The notes beneath the pieces were generated by a model. The model saw only the letters and a list, made by a program, of their open reading frames with translations, was not told the DNA's origin and ran no database searches. 64,000 bases of DNA, taken from Bacteroidota bacterium. GTDB lineage: Bacteria; Bacteroidota; Ignavibacteria; Palsa-1295. Where the stretch lies: the NCBI GenBank assembly GCA_021324685.1, contig JAJPIQ010000008.1, positions 47,343-111,342 on the forward strand, read 5' to 3'. The translations under genes and the position numbers were made by a program. Positions 29,358 to 38,922 of this stretch are shown here, piece by piece. Every line of letters begins with the position of its first letter. The stretch's first letter is position 1.

Positions 29358-29867
29358 CTACTTGTTCTGCGTATGGATGGTCGTCCGTGCACTGTCCAAT
29401 GGCGGGATGACGACGGGGTGAGCGATTTCCTCTTGCAACAGGCTGTCATCGGAAACGATCGTCTTTACGTTCTTTTGGGGCGTGTGTATCGACGGATAGG
29501 ATTTTGACGACGGATGGTCGAGCGAAAACGGTGGGGTCGTTCTCGTTATGACAGATGCCGTATCGGCCATACGTATCGGAGCAGGCCGGGGTTTGATCGA
29601 GTTTGGTCCGCCAGCCGGGGAAAATTTCGAATGGAGAGCAAAATAGGCAGCGCCGGCGGTAAGGGAACCGAGCGCAAGGACCATCAGCCACTTCGTTGCC
29701 ACAAATCCGAGCGAATGAGCGCCAGAAAGATGCGTGGCAGTCGACAATTTCCGAAGGAGGCGCGCAGAGGGGGCTTTCGGCGGCTCGGGCAGGCGATGGA
29801 GGTCGTGCGCAATGGCACGGTCGATGAGCCGGTCAGTTTCGGAATGCATATCCTGAATCTGTTTCAT
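29358..29867 (-). CDS. Putative anti-sigma factor (membrane-anchored), partner of the adjacent ECF sigma
   Basis: 169 aa. 4-nt overlap with the upstream sigma gene. One TM helix (WLMVLALGSLTAGAAYFAL). Confidence 0.5.
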   Translation of the reverse strand: MKQIQDMHSETDRLIDRAIAHDLHRLPEPPKAPSARLLRKLSTATHLSGAHSLGFVATKWLMVLALGSLTAGAAYFALHSKFSPAGGPNSIKPRPAPIRMADTASVITRTTPPFSLDHPSSKSYPSIHTPQKNVKTIVSDDSLLQEEIAHPVVIPPLDSARTTIHTQNK

Positions 29868-30514
29868 CGGTCATTTCCAATCGTTTTTTCTCGCAGCCGT
29901 TTTTCGATGGAGGCTTTCAATTCCGCGCGCGCACGGGAAGCGCGCGTCCAGATGGCATTCGGTTTTTTCCCGAGCATCGCGGCGATTTCCTCGAAGCTGT
30001 ACCCGCTATAATAATGCAGTATCAGGAGTTCTCGGGCAGGCAGCGGTAACGCTTCGAGGCATTCGAGAACGATCTGCTCCCGCTCCGGAAGTTCACTCGA
30101 CCCTGTCGTTGGCGGATCCGCCGATTCCAGCGAAGCAATTATTTTCCGATGCTTCAGATGATCGAGCGCCAGGTTCCGCGCGATCCGGAACAGAAAGCCG
30201 GGAACGTTCCGCACGGCGGCTACCTCACCGGCACGATCGATGACGCGTTCCCACATTGCCTGAGAAATGTCCTCCGCGGTGGCGTGATCGTGAAGCAGCT
30301 TCACGCAATAGCGATAGACGCGCGCATGGTGCCGCTTGAATAACTCGGTGAATGCCGCCTGATCGCCCGTACGAAATCGTTCGAAGAGTTCGGAATCTGT
30401 CTGAAGATCGGCGGCGACTGGCGAAGGTGCGATGGAGTTCACGATGCGAATGCGGAGAGGCCGCGCACGGTTCATCGGCGCGAATTCCTCGATTCCGAAC
30501 GCAATTGTTTCCAT
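29864..30514 (-). CDS. ECF-type RNA polymerase sigma-70 factor
   Basis: ELFERFRTGDQAAFTELFKRHHARVYRYCVKLL...FLFRIARNLALDHLKHRK...LILHYYSGYSFEEIAAMLG matches sigma-70 regions 2 and 4. Confidence 0.8.
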   Translation of the reverse strand: METIAFGIEEFAPMNRARPLRIRIVNSIAPSPVAADLQTDSELFERFRTGDQAAFTELFKRHHARVYRYCVKLLHDHATAEDISQAMWERVIDRAGEVAAVRNVPGFLFRIARNLALDHLKHRKIIASLESADPPTTGSSELPEREQIVLECLEALPLPARELLILHYYSGYSFEEIAAMLGKKPNAIWTRASRARAELKASIEKRLREKTIGNDR

Positions 30515-30688
30515 CCCTATTCCTATGCTCTAAAGTGATTTGCGCTAAAGACGATTTCGAAAGCCAATTCCTTACAGTGTCGTGTAAGGTTTCGCCGGCC
30601 TTAATCGTCATGGGTCCGAAAGTCGTCGCGAAACTGTTTATCTCAGAGCGTTATCTCAAAGATGGTTCGGCTTCTGGCCGCTGCGAAT

Positions 30689-31123
30689 ATGAAAACGAAA
30701 CGATTCTTCTTGCTGATTTTCCTGCCGGTCGTGCTCGTAAGCTGCTCCGACTCTGTCGGGCCAGGAACGAAGCCCTACCTCAATATTTCCGGGAATTATC
30801 CCGTATTTCTCGTCGATTCCACCGGCGGTCGATGGATGACCGATAGCACGGTCCTCGTCCAATTATCCGACGGATCGAATTTCCGTCTCGTGCCGGGCGT
30901 GAGCAGTGGCTATGCGGATTGCTTCTCGTGGGTGGTCGATGATTCCCTCGATGCGCCGTTCCATCATGTCGTTTTCCATGTCAATTGGCAGGCCGTGGAG
31001 CGGCTTACTCCTGCCAACAGCTTTGCGGAAGCCGATTATCAGCCGATGGTCCTGAACACGACCGATTTCCTTTCGATGCAGCAGCTCGCGGCGCTCGTAG
31101 CGATCGTAGATTCTACGAAATAG
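30689..31123 (+). CDS. Hypothetical lipoprotein (paralogous lipobox context SCSDxVGP)
   Basis: Start MKTKRFFLLIFLPVVLVSCSDSVGPG within ORF 30662..31123. Confidence 0.5.
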   Translation: MKTKRFFLLIFLPVVLVSCSDSVGPGTKPYLNISGNYPVFLVDSTGGRWMTDSTVLVQLSDGSNFRLVPGVSSGYADCFSWVVDDSLDAPFHHVVFHVNWQAVERLTPANSFAEADYQPMVLNTTDFLSMQQLAALVAIVDSTK

Positions 31124-31149
31124 GCGATTCAATTTTATTTCTTTAAATC

Positions 31150-31794
31150 ATGAACAAACCATATTCGATTACGTCCGTGATCGCACGGGCGTGCCTCTTC
31201 CTCCTCCTCGTGGCTCCACTCGTTATTTCGAGCTGTTCCGATAAGGTAGGGCCAAATACCTCGAACGGTGTAAATTGGACGATCCCCAACGTGGGAAGTT
31301 ACTATGTCCTCGAATCTATAGACTTACCCGACACTTCGATCGATACATTTTGGGTTACAGCTCGCGGCGCGGCGCATGGCGAGGGCAACACCGTTACCCT
31401 CGATACGGGGTTATATCTTGCATATCGAACGAATGGCGATATTGCCACTTGGTCGGAGGACACGGGCTGGTCCAGCATGCCGACGGGTGGCGGAACGATA
31501 ATCGATTCCGAAGTGAACCAGCCGGTCGGACAGCCGCGTCATGTCAATCGGAGGACGAAGCATTACATGGGAACCGAATCTGTTTCGCTGATGGGAACCA
31601 CATTTTCCTCCATCAAGATCCACGAGGATGATTCCATTGCGAATTACGATAACGTGACCGGAGCATTAATGGACACGGGTTCGGAATCCCATGACTATTG
31701 GTTTATTCCTTCGCTCGGTTTCATCGGTAAGGAATATGACGATAATGGTACCTGGTGGTCCAGCGAGCAGTTGATCGCCTATAAGTTGCAGTAA
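31150..31794 (+). CDS. Hypothetical lipoprotein (SSCSDKVGP lipobox, similar to the preceding gene)
   Basis: 214 aa. Signal peptide VIARACLFLLLVAPLVISSCSD. Confidence 0.55.
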   Translation: MNKPYSITSVIARACLFLLLVAPLVISSCSDKVGPNTSNGVNWTIPNVGSYYVLESIDLPDTSIDTFWVTARGAAHGEGNTVTLDTGLYLAYRTNGDIATWSEDTGWSSMPTGGGTIIDSEVNQPVGQPRHVNRRTKHYMGTESVSLMGTTFSSIKIHEDDSIANYDNVTGALMDTGSESHDYWFIPSLGFIGKEYDDNGTWWSSEQLIAYKLQ

Positions 31795-32001
31795 TGAACG
31801 GCCAACGTGCGCTCCAGCGCATGCGTTCAAGGGTATGCTCGATGATGTTCCCATCTACCAGGGCGCGCTTACTCCCCTGAAAATCGACTCGGAAAAGGTT
31901 GGTTAACTAATGGCGCGCGGGCGAGCGCATGCAAGGAGTACCGTGTTATTCCCTCGAACGCTGGGAACCAAGCCCATGGGAACTCGGTAAGTGTTCTGGC
32001 G

Positions 32002-33609
32002 ATGGCGAAATTCTGGATTCTCGCGTGTACGGGAATGATAAAACAGCAGCTTTGCGCGGTGAACGTATTCGTTTTTTTATTCCTCGCGGCTTCCGCCATG
32101 TTTCCGGGCGGGCTACTGGCACAGGCGGACTCGGTCTTCTCGTTCGGCCCCCATGTTGCGTACACGTTCGGTGCGCCCCAGGACATCGAGCGCTCGGCTG
32201 TCAGCACGCTCGGGTCGAACGGGATGGGAACCTCTTATGCGCAGACGATTCGTGCGGGACTCGAAGTTTCGATTCCAAAGATTTTTTTTAGGGACATCGG
32301 TCTTTCACTGATCGGAACATATTCCTGGAGCACGGGGGAATTCACTTCGCGTGCCTATCCGTCGTCCGATAATGCGAGTGCAGCGCAGAGCACGCAGGAA
32401 TTTCATCTTTCGTCACGGTACGCCACCGCGAGCCTTACAGCGCTCCTGGCATACCATCTCTCGGATGCGTGGGACGTGGGCGTGGGCGCAGAACTCGGGT
32501 ACCGCGCCCAGGATTCCCTAACGGATTGGCGTGAGATACTTTCTCCGGCAGGCGTACGATTTGCGAACGGCAGCACCCGGGACACGGTCGCAACGGGAAC
32601 CTCGATTAGTTCCAGTCCGCTCGGCGTTACGGTGCCGGTCTTTCTGGGATATCGCATTCCATTGGGACGCGGAATATCGCTTGCAGGCCGTTTTTTCGGT
32701 ACGGCCGACCTGAACGAAATCGTCGCCGGCTATGCGGCGCAAAGCTTGAGCGCGGGAATTTCTTTTTCGCTCCTTTTTGCAAAGAATGCGGCCGCTCCAA
32801 CCGACATACCCATCGTACACGCACCGCCATCTCAACCGAAACCATCGCCATCGCAACAACCTGCGACGCAGCGGCCCGCTTCCGCACATATTTTAGCGGC
32901 GGTCCACCTCGAGATCAATAGTGTGGCTGCGAAAACGGCCACCGTCCGCGAGGTCGATACGCTCATTGAAACGTTCACAGCGACCCCGGACGGTGGCCGC
33001 ATTCCGAAAGCCGAGTCGCGGCTCGTCCGGAGTTATATCGTTCCCGACCTTTCCGTGTCCCGTTTTGTCGAATCGGAAGAAGGAGTTCGCTCCTGGAATG
33101 TCCGCATCTCGCAGGCGGGGCGAGTATTATCCGAATATTCGAGTGAGGATTCCACGGGCGCTGGTGCGATGTCCGCGGCAATCGAACTCGGTGGCGCAAA
33201 CGAGCCTTCGCCGGTCCTAGCGGAACTTACGATCACCAACACCGAGGGCGCGAGCCGATCGGTATGGGACACGCTATCACTCCTTATCGATACAACGCAC
33301 GTTGCCTCGCGCATCCGGAAACAAAACTATTTATTTCTTCCCCGGACCAATGCCGGACTTGGCCACCAGGACTCGCTGATGCTCCGGAATCTCCTTTCTT
33401 CGCTCGACACATCGGGAGCTCTCGTCATTTTATCCGGCAATCCGAACACGCAGGGATGCCCGGATGCCGATTCACTCTCTTCGTTCGTACTTACGGCAAT
33501 TCGAGAGTCCGCAAATCATCCCCGTCGAATCGAACTCCTCGACCGCTCCCAACCGGAATTGGCTGACGGCACGTGCGGGATTCTTGTGCGGTATCAACGG
33601 AGCCAATAG
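32002..33609 (+). CDS. Hypothetical outer-membrane protein: N-terminal beta-barrel-like region, Pro-rich linker, C-terminal globular domain
   Basis: 535 aa. Signal peptide. Linker PPSQPKPSPSQQPATQRP. No recognisable catalytic motif. Confidence 0.5.
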   Translation: MAKFWILACTGMIKQQLCAVNVFVFLFLAASAMFPGGLLAQADSVFSFGPHVAYTFGAPQDIERSAVSTLGSNGMGTSYAQTIRAGLEVSIPKIFFRDIGLSLIGTYSWSTGEFTSRAYPSSDNASAAQSTQEFHLSSRYATASLTALLAYHLSDAWDVGVGAELGYRAQDSLTDWREILSPAGVRFANGSTRDTVATGTSISSSPLGVTVPVFLGYRIPLGRGISLAGRFFGTADLNEIVAGYAAQSLSAGISFSLLFAKNAAAPTDIPIVHAPPSQPKPSPSQQPATQRPASAHILAAVHLEINSVAAKTATVREVDTLIETFTATPDGGRIPKAESRLVRSYIVPDLSVSRFVESEEGVRSWNVRISQAGRVLSEYSSEDSTGAGAMSAAIELGGANEPSPVLAELTITNTEGASRSVWDTLSLLIDTTHVASRIRKQNYLFLPRTNAGLGHQDSLMLRNLLSSLDTSGALVILSGNPNTQGCPDADSLSSFVLTAIRESANHPRRIELLDRSQPELADGTCGILVRYQRSQ

Positions 33610-33743
33610 TTCGACAGGCATTCACAGCGAAACGGCAAATAACGATCGCGGCAAAGCAATTGGGGCGAGGGGAATAATTTGCCATATTCGAACGTCCTTT
33701 GCCGCTCCATGTCGTATTTTTGCAGGAAATTAGAGATTAGCGA

Positions 33744-34907
33744 ATGAAGATACACGAACATCAGGCGAAAGAAATTTTAAAGAAATATGGCGTTCCGGTG
33801 CCGGTGGGCTATGTGGCCTACACGGCAAACGAGGCCATGGAAGCGGCGAGGAAACTGCCGACCGAGATCGCGGTCGTGAAAGCGCAGATCCATGCCGGCG
33901 GCCGTGGAAAAGGCGGCGGAGTGAAGATCGCGCGCTCGCCGGAGGATGTCGGCTCGCTCGCACGAAATATGCTCGGGATGACGCTCGTCACACACCAGAC
34001 CGGACCCGAAGGCCGCAAGGTTCAACGGTTACTCGTCGAGCAGGGCGTCGATATTCTAAAAGAGTACTATGCGGGAATCGTGCTCGACCGCTCGACCGCC
34101 AAGAACGTCGTCATGGTCTCGACCGAAGGCGGAATGGAGATCGAAAAAGTGGCCGAAGAGGCACCCGAAAAGATCGTGAAGGTCTTTGTCGATCCGGCCG
34201 TCGGGTTCCGGGACTTCGAAGCGCGGGAACTTGCTTTCGCGCTCGGCTTAAGCGGCGAGGCGTTCAAGCAGTGCGTTTCGTTCCTCAAGGCACTCTACCG
34301 GGCGTATGAAGAAACCGATGCGTCGCTCTTCGAGATCAATCCGCTCGTGCTGACGAAAGACGCGAAGATGCTCGCGCTCGATGCGAAAGTGAATTTCGAT
34401 GACAACGCGATGTTCCGCCATCCCGATTATGCGGCGCTCCGCGACCTTGCAGAAGAAGATCCGCTCGAAGTCGAAGCCTCCAAATCGAACTTGAACTACA
34501 TCAAGCTCGATGGCAACGTCGGCTGCATGGTGAACGGCGCCGGGCTTGCGATGGCGACGATGGACATCATCAAGCTGGCGGGCGGGGAACCGGCAAACTT
34601 CCTCGATGTCGGCGGCGGGGCGAATAAGGATACCGTAGCGAGTGGCTTCCGGATTATCTTAAGCGATCCGCATGTGAAGGCGATCCTCATCAATATCTTC
34701 GGCGGTATCGTACGCTGCGATCGCGTGGCGACGGGAGTCGTGGCGGCCTCGAACGAAGTGCATCCACAGGTCCCCATTATCGTGCGCCTCGAAGGAACGA
34801 ATGCCGAGGAAGCCGGAAAGATCCTTCAGGACAGCGGCCTCAACTTTCTCGTCGCCAAAGGCCTGGCCGATGCGGCAAGGAAAGTGACCGAGGCACTGGC
34901 GGCATAA
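33744..34907 (+). CDS. sucC: Succinate--CoA ligase [ADP-forming] beta subunit
   Basis: 387 aa. [20 protein letters not shown], an ATP-grasp core, and C-terminal GGIVRCD...IVRLEGTN. No sucD is adjacent. Confidence 0.9.
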   Translation: MKIHEHQAKEILKKYGVPVPVGYVAYTANEAMEAARKLPTEIAVVKAQIHAGGRGKGGGVKIARSPEDVGSLARNMLGMTLVTHQTGPEGRKVQRLLVEQGVDILKEYYAGIVLDRSTAKNVVMVSTEGGMEIEKVAEEAPEKIVKVFVDPAVGFRDFEARELAFALGLSGEAFKQCVSFLKALYRAYEETDASLFEINPLVLTKDAKMLALDAKVNFDDNAMFRHPDYAALRDLAEEDPLEVEASKSNLNYIKLDGNVGCMVNGAGLAMATMDIIKLAGGEPANFLDVGGGANKDTVASGFRIILSDPHVKAILINIFGGIVRCDRVATGVVAASNEVHPQVPIIVRLEGTNAEEAGKILQDSGLNFLVAKGLADAARKVTEALAA

Positions 34908-35173
34908 ACAGTGTTGCGATCGAGATGCTCCGTTCCTTCGCTCGCTTTTTTCGTGGGGTCAGTATGGCGCTGGGCATTACCACGATCCCGGAAAACGCGC
35001 CGCGGGACCGGGAACGAATGTTCGTCCGGATGTGGATTGCGATCGTGGTGTTCCTCGTCTTATGGATTGGAATTCTCTTCGTTTGGATCACGAGTTAAGA
35101 AGTCGGAGTACCCTGGTTTTGTAGTATATTTGCAAAACAGTTCTTCGCTTTTTCAGCCGTTCTTTTTGTCGTT

Positions 35174-35722
35174 ATGAAACTCACACTGGTTCTTTTCTCC
35201 ATCGTCGCATTCCTCGGTGTCTCTAACGCATTCGCTCAGGATGGCTCTGTCGGTACGGAGCACCAAGCAGTTATTACGGCGCCGAACGCCATCTATCTGG
35301 AAATTCTCGGATCGGGCCTGGTGCCATCGATCAATTACGACCGAATGATCGGGAATAGTTTTGCGGTCCGTGTCGGAGTCGGGTATTTACCTCTGGGAAC
35401 GGTCGTGTCCGATTCTGCCGATGGCCCCATTTCGGCTTCTATCACCACCGTTCCCGTCGGCCTCAGTTGGTTCCCATTCAGCGGCCCGAACTCCGCGCCG
35501 GCCAGCAAGCTCGAAATTGGCGTCAGCGCTTTTTATGCGAACGTGGTGGCAAAGTCGTTCAGCAATACGGCCGCAGGAAGCGGTATCGGATTCGGCGGAA
35601 TCCTGGGATATCGACTGGAACCGTCGGACGGCGGTTTTCTGCTACGCGTTGCACTCACGCCGTGGGACCTCCTGAATCACTTTCAAATGTACGGCGGGAT
35701 CAGTCTCGGCTGGTGCTTCTAA
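35174..35722 (+). CDS. Small hypothetical outer-membrane beta-barrel protein
   Basis: 182 aa. Signal peptide MKLTLVLFSIVAFLGVSNAFAQ. Alternating hydrophobic strands. C-terminal ...GGISLGWCF. Confidence 0.5.
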   Translation: MKLTLVLFSIVAFLGVSNAFAQDGSVGTEHQAVITAPNAIYLEILGSGLVPSINYDRMIGNSFAVRVGVGYLPLGTVVSDSADGPISASITTVPVGLSWFPFSGPNSAPASKLEIGVSAFYANVVAKSFSNTAAGSGIGFGGILGYRLEPSDGGFLLRVALTPWDLLNHFQMYGGISLGWCF

Positions 35723-35934
35723 TTACAGCGGCTGCAAACGTATTTGTAGAAGAGCTCTTTTCAGCCGGCTATCATACCACTTTTGTTGATCCATCACACA
35801 ATAATGAGATAAGGTATGCATCGAGTGGACCGAAGTCAAACATAATCGCTGCTACAATGCCGTAAATCGGTTTGCACCCATCGAACAACTGTTCGAGTCT
35901 TGCTTTGAAATCGAGCGCACGAATGGGAACAATG

Positions 35935-36717
35935 TCAGCGTTTCAACTTAAACGTATGGCTCACGTGGGACTCGGTGATGAAGCCATAGATACAGTTCCC
36001 AACATGGACCGTATCGCCTTTTCCTGCGGAAATATTAACTAAAAGTCGGTCTGCGTCGAACGATTTGAAATTTTGACTCATCGCCAATGGCGGGACAATG
36101 TATATTCCCGTATTTGGCACTACGCGGTAATACGATTGCCCCGTTTCCAGAATTTTTGCCGTGTCGTGTTTTAAGATTCCGCTTCCAAAGCAGGCAATGT
36201 GTATTAATACGGAGTCAGTCGTTTTAGGGGCACGATACCGTATCTCAAAGCCTTCCGACAAGCTAATAGAATCGCCGTCATCAGGAGCAAGAAATTGAAG
36301 CGAGGAGTCTCGAACAATAGTATGAGTGATAGAAGGATGATCCTCGCTCCCACTAAATTCCCATACTATGAGTTTCCCACGATTTGAAAGAATTCTCTTC
36401 GATTGCCCATAACCGACCGGGTTCCCATCGAGACGTACGCACGGCATTTCCGCACCGCCCGGTCGTTGAAGAGCCCCTATAGGGAACAGGACTTCAGCGT
36501 TGTAGTAATGCAGCGAATCGTTCGTGGAAGCCCCGTCGTCGTAGCATTCGAATATAGCATCGTACTCTCCCGGCGGAATCGGATTTAAGTGATGGTCCTG
36601 CCACTGGCGAACGATCCTGTCGGGATGATGTACGTTCTCCTGCTTACAGCCAGCGAAGAGAGCGACAAAAACTGCGAAGACGATCGAGCTACGAAGTTCC
36701 ACAACCCTCTGAATCAT
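35935..36717 (-). CDS. Hypothetical lipoprotein
   Basis: 260 aa. VFVALFAGCKQ lipobox. Stop overlaps the paaD start region. Confidence 0.5.
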   Translation of the reverse strand: MIQRVVELRSSIVFAVFVALFAGCKQENVHHPDRIVRQWQDHHLNPIPPGEYDAIFECYDDGASTNDSLHYYNAEVLFPIGALQRPGGAEMPCVRLDGNPVGYGQSKRILSNRGKLIVWEFSGSEDHPSITHTIVRDSSLQFLAPDDGDSISLSEGFEIRYRAPKTTDSVLIHIACFGSGILKHDTAKILETGQSYYRVVPNTGIYIVPPLAMSQNFKSFDADRLLVNISAGKGDTVHVGNCIYGFITESHVSHTFKLKR

Positions 36718-37259
36718 TACAGCGGCTTAAACCGTTCGAAGCCCTGTTTGCAGTCGTTACAGTAGTGGATCGAGCGGCAGAGTGTGGAACCGAACATGGA
36801 ACGGAGCTCGGTATTTGTGCTCCCGCAGTGCGGACACGCTACATGTTCGATCTGTGCGAAGTCGAGAACGCCGTCGATCGCGACCGGCGCGCCCAGCCCA
36901 AAGGCTTCGAGCTTTTTTCTTCCCAATTCCGAAATGCGGGCGCTCGTCCAATTCATTTCTGTTTCGAGATCGACCTGGACGCTTTTAAATCCCGCGTGGT
37001 GAAGCGCTTCTTCGATATTATTCCTAATATAGCTGGTGGCCGGGCAGGCTACGAATGTCGGAAGAAACCGGACGCTCACCGTATTGTCGCTGACTGCGAC
37101 GTTAGTAATCATTCCCAAATCCATGACAGACAATGTGGGAATCTCGGGGTCCATGACTGTTTCAAGGACGGAGAACGCTTTATGATTGCTGTCATTGCGA
37201 GGAGCATCGAACACGGCTCGGTCGTTCGATGCTGCTGACGGTGTAGAAAGATTTACCAT
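36717..37259 (-). CDS. paaD: 1,2-phenylacetyl-CoA epoxidase subunit D (PaaD/PaaJ, MIP18/DUF59 + Cys-rich C-terminus)
   Basis: 180 aa. VMDPEIPTLSVMDLGMI (DUF59-like) and C-terminal CPHCGS...C...CNDC zinc-ribbon. Positioned after paaC. Confidence 0.7.
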   Translation of the reverse strand: MVNLSTPSAASNDRAVFDAPRNDSNHKAFSVLETVMDPEIPTLSVMDLGMITNVAVSDNTVSVRFLPTFVACPATSYIRNNIEEALHHAGFKSVQVDLETEMNWTSARISELGRKKLEAFGLGAPVAIDGVLDFAQIEHVACPHCGSTNTELRSMFGSTLCRSIHYCNDCKQGFERFKPL

Positions 37260-38008
37260 GTTGCCGCCGGATCCAATCTATAGACTTCCGTCATTTCATC
37301 GAGGAGCGGCTGGAGGTACTCCGTGTGATAACCCTGACGCCCGCCATACACTCGCTCCTTGATCGGAAGTTTCGGTAGGGTAAGATTGGCCCGCTGCAAT
37401 AGTGGCGAAATAACATCAAGCCATTCGGTCTGGAGCGCGGTTTCGCCGATCGCGATTTTTTCGGCCACAAGCTCCTCTTCATATTTCGATGGCTCGAATA
37501 TTCCGAGGGCGTACGGAAACGCTTCGTTCAGCGCCGTCTGCATTCGTGCATGGCTTTCTTCAGTTCCCATGCCTAACTTTTTCACCCAAAGATCGGCGTG
37601 GAGCGTATGATATTTCAGTTCGCCTTTGATCTTCTTCGCTAACGCCGCAAGCGGAGCAAAAGAAGAATCCGAAAGCCTCGCATACCGGAGCGATTCGGCA
37701 TGATCGAAGAGAAAATGCCGCATCAGGCTGAAGGCGTAGTCGCCAATGGGGAGTTCGACGAACTGCGAGCACCGAAACTCCTTCTCATTGCGCGAAAAGG
37801 CGATGACATCCGGTACCGGCTCGCCGAAGTGCTCGTTCAGCAGCGTGTAGTTCGCAACGGCATGGCCGATCTGGTCCTGCGCGATGGAACTGAAAGCGAT
37901 ATCCTCTTCGAGGATCGGTCCGAGGCCGGTCCATTCGCTGTTGCGGTGGCCGATGATGAGTTCGTCATCGGCCATGCGATAGAGTAGGTCTTTTATTGCT
38001 TCGTTCAT
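37253..38008 (-). CDS. paaC: 1,2-phenylacetyl-CoA epoxidase subunit C
   Basis: 251 aa. LYRMADDELIIGHRNSEWTGLGPILEEDIAFSSIAQDQIGHA is a PaaC/PaaI ferritin-like sequence. Confidence 0.8.
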   Translation of the reverse strand: MNEAIKDLLYRMADDELIIGHRNSEWTGLGPILEEDIAFSSIAQDQIGHAVANYTLLNEHFGEPVPDVIAFSRNEKEFRCSQFVELPIGDYAFSLMRHFLFDHAESLRYARLSDSSFAPLAALAKKIKGELKYHTLHADLWVKKLGMGTEESHARMQTALNEAFPYALGIFEPSKYEEELVAEKIAIGETALQTEWLDVISPLLQRANLTLPKLPIKERVYGGRQGYHTEYLQPLLDEMTEVYRLDPAATW

Positions 38009-38044
38009 AAGTTCCTAAAAATGTCATTCCTGCAATGCTTTTGA

Positions 38045-38071
38045 TGTCATTCCCGCGAATGCGGGAATCCA
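38045..38071. repeat. Hairpin repeat copy A (tgtcattcccgcgaatgcgggaatcca; stem ATTCCCGC/GCGGGAAT, loop GAAT)
   Basis: Perfect 8-bp stem with a 4-nt loop. One of four related copies bracketing the GIY-YIG gene. A degenerate half-copy (tgtcattcctgcaatgc) lies at 38022-38038. Confidence 0.7.
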
Positions 38072-38081
38072 TAGCTTTCAT

Positions 38082-38459
38082 TTAGTATGAAGGTCCATTT
38101 TCACTCGGCTTATGGATGCCCGCATTCGCGGGCATGACAGGATTTGTTTCGAAATACGGAAATTGATAATTATTTGTTGAAAGATCGACCCATTCTGGAT
38201 TTTTCTTCTCGATCAAATTTATTTTCCACTGACGATTCCACTTTTTTAATTGCTTTTCCCGAGTTATTGCCGCGTTAATATCTGAAAAAAATTCGAAGTA
38301 GACTAATCGATTAACGTCGTATTGCTTTGTGAAACCCTCGAAAGTGCCTTCTTTGTGTTGAGCCACACGTCGCTCCAGATCCTTGGTCACGCCGATATAG
38401 AGCGTTCCGTTACGCTGACTCGCCATAATGTACACATAGTAGTTATGATTCATCATCAT
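38082..38459 (-). CDS. GIY-YIG nuclease family protein (small, single-domain)
   Basis: Start MMMNHNYYVYIMASQRNGTLYIGVTKDLERRVAQHKEG (GIY...YIG motif) within ORF 38082..38621. The ORF's N- and C-terminal extensions are simply read-through of hairpin repeats C, D and B (e.g. IPASAGMT, MPANAGIH). The region is AT-rich relative to its flanks. Confidence 0.75.
   Translation of the reverse strand: MMMNHNYYVYIMASQRNGTLYIGVTKDLERRVAQHKEGTFEGFTKQYDVNRLVYFEFFSDINAAITREKQLKKWNRQWKINLIEKKNPEWVDLSTNNYQFPYFETNPVMPANAGIHKPSENGPSY
38112..38139. repeat. Hairpin repeat copy B (inverted orientation; stem ATGCCCGC/GCGGGCAT)
   Basis: tggatgcccgcattcgcgggcatgacagg. Relative to copy A it carries compensatory t>g / a>c changes that preserve the stem. 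Confidence 0.7.
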
Positions 38460-38467
38460 CAGACTTC

Positions 38468-38495
38468 TTGTCATTCCCGCGGATGCGGGAATCCA
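38468..38495. repeat. Hairpin repeat copy C (ttgtcattcccgcggatgcgggaatcca)
   Basis: Same orientation as copy A; loop variant GGAT. Confidence 0.7.
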
Positions 38496-38539
38496 GCGCT
38501 TTCCTGCGATTTGAACTTCGCGGTTGGCCGCAAAGAATA

Positions 38540-38567
38540 GATTCCCACATTCGCGGGAATGACATTC
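38540..38567. repeat. Hairpin repeat copy D (inverted; gattcccacattcgcgggaatgacattc)
   Basis: Reverse complement is gaatgtcattcccgcgaatgtgggaatc. The stem has one G-T wobble position. Confidence 0.65.
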
Positions 38568-38574
38568 AAAATGT

Positions 38575-38922
38575 TTATCCCGACTCCTCCTCCATGTGAT
38601 CGAGATACTTGCTCTTGGCAAGCGTCTTCAGATCGTCGAGATATTTATTGATGCGTTTGCGAACGGGATAGCCCGAGGCTTCGCGATAGTTCTTATCGGG
38701 AATGGTCGAGAACATATCGTCATCCTCGTGCTGGAAGGTGAAAATATCGGTCGAGCGCACGACCCACAGGTTCACCGTCTTCTTGCGGCGGCCGAACTGC
38801 TCTTTCGCGAACGCGAGCGCAAGTTCCGGGTCCGGCGCGTGAACGATTCCGACGAATTCGTGCGCCGCGCCGCGCTTGTCCTGATGGAAGACCGCGAACG
38901 GTTCCCAATGTTCGTTTTGCAT
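38575..38922 (-). CDS. paaB: 1,2-phenylacetyl-CoA epoxidase subunit B
   Basis: Start MQNEHWEPFAVFHQDKRGAAHEFVGIVHAPDPELALAFAKEQFGRR...NLWVV matches PaaB (WPLYEVF...HVGS.HA.D...AL..AR..Y.RR). The ORF-track N-terminal extension (38923-38991) lies in the repeated 62-bp element and is rejected. Confidence 0.8.
   Translation of the reverse strand: MQNEHWEPFAVFHQDKRGAAHEFVGIVHAPDPELALAFAKEQFGRRKKTVNLWVVRSTDIFTFQHEDDDMFSTIPDKNYREASGYPVRKRINKYLDDLKTLAKSKYLDHMEEESG

Noticed and set aside
38460-38621. N-terminal 54 codons of the ORF-track GIY-YIG ORF
   Set aside because: They are encoded by hairpin repeats C and D (IPASAGMT, HSRECGNL). The conserved GIY-YIG N-terminus starts at MMMNHNYYVYIM.
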